Shown: piece by piece, positions 59,281 through 64,000 of the stretch
Numbering within the stretch: position 1 is the stretch's first letter
How the letters are laid out: every line of letters begins with the position of its first letter
Source of the DNA: the human T2T-CHM13v2.0 reference genome, Homo sapiens
DNA length: 64,000 nucleotides
Strand: one strand, 5' to 3'
NCBI RefSeq assembly: GCF_009914755.1
Contig: NC_060930.1
Notes under the pieces: model-generated
Told to the model about the DNA's origin: nothing
Databases searched by the model: none
What the model saw: the letters and a program-made list of their open reading frames with translations, nothing else
Made by a program: the position numbers and the translations under genes

Positions 59281-59378
59281 CTTTTTTATGAATATATTCT
59301 CTAGACACACTAAAATTAAAAGATATTCCCAAAGGGAACTGATTTGTAGTCACATTCATGATTAAAAGCTATATAGCT

Positions 59379-59674
<296 letters not shown>

Positions 59675-59690
59675 TAAAAGCTATATAGCT

Positions 59691-59810
59691 TGGACTAGAT
59701 AGATAGCAGTGATGGTTGCACAATATTCCAAATGTACTTAAAGCCACTGAACTGTACACTTTAAAATGGTAAAGTTAATTTTATGTGTATTTTACCACAG
59801 TGAAAAAGTA
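59691..59810 (+). mobile_element. Ancient L1M 3' end fragment
   Basis: gtgatggttgcacaa...gccactgaactgtacactttaaaatggt...ttatgtgtattttaccaca. Confidence 0.75.
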
Positions 59811-60870
59811 TGTGCATAGGTCCAAATAATGTAAGACTTCTCAGAAACTTTAAATACACCATGACTCTCAAGAGAAGAATATGAGATGCAGAATTTACCA
59901 AATTTCTTTGATTATAAAACCCTTGTGGAAAACACACATTAATAAATCACAACATAATATATCACATAACCCTCCTTGAAAATACCAGGTTCTGTAGTTG
60001 TTCTGGACTGACTGCTCTTGACTATATGTCAATTGTTCTTCTCATTTTCTCTCATTACTTCTCTAATTTTTCCATTAGAAAACTGCACTATTTTTACTAT
60101 TTCATTGATATCTATTTCACTAATTTCAGTATTTGAAATGTTGTCTCCATCAAGATAACCAACTACTACAATAAAATTTTACTACTTAAGATACAGATTT
60201 TTGTACATTGTATGTCTAAGTGGTTCTGTTTGATTTATTTTATTTTTATTTTATGGGAGCAACTGCTTTGTATCACTTTCAGAAATGCATTTACTGAATA
60301 GATTTTAATAAATTCCAGAGAAAATGAGGACAAAGAAGAAATTAGTTAATTGCTTTCTTAACCCAAAAGTAATTAATAATATTATATACTAGCATGCTCT
60401 AAGAAGATAGTGTATTTTTAAAAACTTAGTAAAATTATATAGCTTCAAAAAGTCATTTATTATTTTGTCAACAAGTGTATTCCAGTGAAATTCATCTATA
60501 TATCAAATCATTTTTAGCCAATTATAGTGTCATTTTTGTATATTTTTGGTTACTGTTCAAAGATTATTTTAATCAGTTATTTTTGAAGTCATTTTTACTC
60601 ATACAAACAAAAGGAATTTTGGTGATTTTTAGATATAAACTTCCTGAAAAACTGTGACTGATGCAATCTTGGCAGGAATGAGCAAGGTAGCAAATGCAAC
60701 CTATCCTAAAAACTTTTAGAAATAGAATAGTGTTCACTCACTGTATGCTGTGCTTGACTAAAATAAGGGAAAGACACATTTACTTTGAAGGGATTTCTCA
60801 TTTTATTATATCCTGTATCAGGGAGAGTTCAATAAAATAGTGTTCTTGAATTCACCACAGTAAATGAATT

Positions 60871-60899
60871 TGTGTGTGTGTGCGCGTGCCTGTGTGTGT
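60871..60899. repeat. (TG)n-rich microsatellite
   Basis: Read directly. Confidence 0.85.
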
Positions 60900-61722
60900 T
60901 TAATCTCATTTGTCTGTGTGTGAAGATTTATTTCTAAGAGTCCACAATCATTATGAGGGTATAGAAAATTCAGCAGTTATTGTGAAATAAGTTTTTAAAA
61001 AATGCGTACCTAAAATCTCATAAAAGGTAGAGACACATAGTTTTATTTTTATCCTAGCTATATCGATGACATAAGTCACAGAAGAATTAATTTGGTGTCA
61101 TCTTTCTTGGGGAATAGAGCTCACCTAAGGTAATAACAGACCTAAAATATTATGAAGTAGGAAAAGGCTAAAACCCTAAAGGTCATCATTATTTCAGTTA
61201 ATCACACTATTCAGAGCTGTCTTGCTGGATGTCTCTATTGCAAGAAAAATGTGTCTGTGAATCTGTGCTTTTCCTTAAAAGATGATGAAGTACACAGTTT
61301 AGCATACTAAAGTGGCACAATATAGGAAAAATATTTGATTAACTTATCTCTTCATATACTATTGCAGCCAATCCAAATCATTCCTTTTTAAAAACAGCCA
61401 TTGAAAGCCATAAAAACTAGGACATGTTGTAGTTGTTGTTTTAATATGATGCCATATTGGAATTTCAGTTTCACAATGAAGAAAGTTAAATATAAACTAA
61501 AGCACCACTGGGACTGATTAGATCTAAATGTGACCAACTTTTTTTTCATCTTTTTCTCAAAGTGTACAATCGTTTTATACTGGGAAAAATATGCTTTGTT
61601 ATTCTTCCAAAGAAAGACAAGACACATTCCAAGACTTGAGTAATCAAGTTATTAAAATAAGCCAATATGCAACCTTTATAAAACAAGTTAACACATGAAA
61701 ATAGATGTCTATTTCCACCTAG

Positions 61723-62039
<317 letters not shown>

Positions 62040-62289
62040 TGTTAGTTCTCAAAATAAATTTTATTGTTATTTTTGAATTAGGAGACATTGTTCATTAAAA
62101 AAAACACGTCACTTAACTAACATAAATCATGGGAAATGTAATAGATTGACCTGCTAAAAATTAATTAATAAATGAATGTAGTCTTTCAAGTCTTTTCCTT
62201 GAATCTTAGGTTTTGAGTGAGTTTATATTTTTAACCCATTCTTAATGATTTGCAGTTGTTATTAACAGTAATTGCAACAACTGAAATTT

Positions 62290-62480
62290 GTTTAGAAATT
62301 TACAAGTTTGAAAACTTTTTCATATGCATCCTTTATCCTTACAATAATCTTTTGAGGACAATGAAAGAAATATTATTACTATAGGGGGATATGAAAATAG
62401 TTACAATTTTTACAACTGGTAGTCATAGCTCTGGAATCTCAATCTGAGCTTTGACATCCAAGGTTTGCATCCTGCCACCA
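62290..62480 (-). mobile_element. MIR fragment
   Basis: aaaactttttcatatgcatc.tttatccttacaataatc...ctggaatctcaatctgagc. Confidence 0.45.
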
Positions 62481-63244
62481 AGCCAGTCTTGCCTCCCTGT
62501 TGCATGTATGACTTACAAGGACATTGCTCATGAGAATAACATGTTTATGGGTCTCACCAGCCAGCCCTCTCTTTACATGGATCAGCCTTCCCCAGATGCC
62601 ATGGTGTGAGAAGAACAATAATAATCTCTGGTCCTACTTTGAAGGCTTTGATAGGTTATTTCATGCACACCATTTCAATCTAAAGATGAATAGAGATACT
62701 TGAGCTAGAACTTCTAATGGAAACACTGGATTTGGGGTAGTCTTAAAAAATATACATTTGTAGAATATACCAACCTAAAATTTGTCTTGGGAATGTAACA
62801 CAGTGATAGAAAAGCCACAAGAAACATGTGAAATGAGAAATATATATGACAAATATATAATAACAAGGATGTTTAAGTTGGTATATTCTATAAATCTATC
62901 AAAGCAAAAAGTTCAAAATCCTCAAAGTATTGGAATATAAAATAATAATAGTCTGAACTGAGAAGAGTCTCCAGATTTTGGTGTCAATTATAGATCACTG
63001 AACATCATCAACTAATGAGTGACTCCAACAATCTTCAAAGAAGAGTCTTCAAGAGCAGAAATAAGCAATGTGGGGGAAGTTAAAGTGTGTGATAAAGAAA
63101 TGATACACAGTAATTTAACTGAGTATTTGGGAGGGCAGAACATATGTCTAAGATGGTGAGGAAGTTTCTTAAAATGTTGAGGGAAACTAAGTGAGACTAT
63201 AGAATGCCTGTGTTCAAATGTCTTTACATTAATAATTGATTTGG

Positions 63245-63560
63245 GGCCAGGCGTGGTGAGTCACGCCTGTAATCCCAGTACTTTGGGAGGCCAAGCGGGG
63301 ACAAATCATTTGAGGTCAGGAGTTCAAGGCCAGCCTGGCCAACATGATGAAACCCCGTCTCCACTAAAAATACAAAAAAAAAAAAAAAAAAAAGCTGGGC
63401 GTGGTGGTGCGTGCCTGTAGTCCCAGCTGCTAAGAAGGCTGAGGTAGGAGAATCGCTTGAACCTAGGAGATGAAGGTTGTAGTGAGCAAAGAACATGTCA
63501 CTGCACTCCAGCCTGGGCAACAGAGTGAGACTCCATCACAAAACAATAATAGTAATAATA
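63245..63560 (+). mobile_element. AluSx/Sz with expanded middle A-run and (AAT)n tail
   Basis: Full dimer; linker is an A-run of about 19 nt; TSD taataattga(t/a)ttg. Confidence 0.94.
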
Positions 63561-64000
63561 ATAATAATTGAATTGAAACTGTCTGCAGTAGCTATTAATA
63601 GTTTTTCATATTGCTTTTACCTGCAGAGGTAAAAGAATATATCATAAAATCTTTCAATTCATTTTTACCTCTTTGGTTCAACCATTGCATGGGGAAAACA
63701 AATAAACTTTCCCAGTAACATTTAAACTCCTTGAAAGGAGTGACTGCAAAACCTAACACATTTGGGATGCTTAACAAATTACATATTAATAATGTTAGCT
63801 CTTAAGATCAAATGATATAATCTGATATCTAGGCCTAAAGCTTTATTGTAGTCACAGCTTATTAATAAATGTGCCGCACGTCATACATACACTTGTTCAT
63901 GTTAAAACTTTCTCTCTCCCAGGCAGCGAGAGTGAGTAATAGACCTACGATGAGGAGAGAGAATGTGAGAAATTGTTATTTTCATAACCTTGATGGCAAC

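Overview
This is primate (almost certainly human) genomic DNA from inside THEMIS, the T-cell CABIT-domain gene, which is transcribed on the minus strand. The window holds two constitutive coding exons: 58891-58433 (459 nt, CABIT1) and 42885-41837 (1049 nt, CABIT2, NLS and the GRB2-binding PxRPxK motif). It also holds a 117-nt in-frame cassette exon carved out of an antisense Alu (36285-36169). The rest is AT-rich intron packed with L1, Alu, L2, MIR, MaLR/ERVL/ERV1 LTRs, a deleted HERV-L provirus, a MADE1 MITE and microsatellites. Nearly all ORFs in the six-frame track are repeat-derived or chance. I see no wholly new multi-gene system. The most interesting signals are: (1) the base changes that turn one Alu into a frame-preserving exon, with a 28-bp triplication just upstream; (2) a 35-nt candidate poison micro-exon that creates TAA at the exon junction; (3) a 5'-inverted AluY forming a spacer-less fold-back; (4) a 5'-inverted L1PA7-like element whose missing middle matches an orphan L1 piece 4.5 kb away; (5) an antisense HERV-L with an LTR promoter but no LTR poly(A) signal; (6) inverted Alus around a stop-free 3n exon, a circRNA candidate. 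Repeat subfamily calls come from recalled consensus sequences, not a RepeatMasker run, and boundaries of ancient repeats are approximate.
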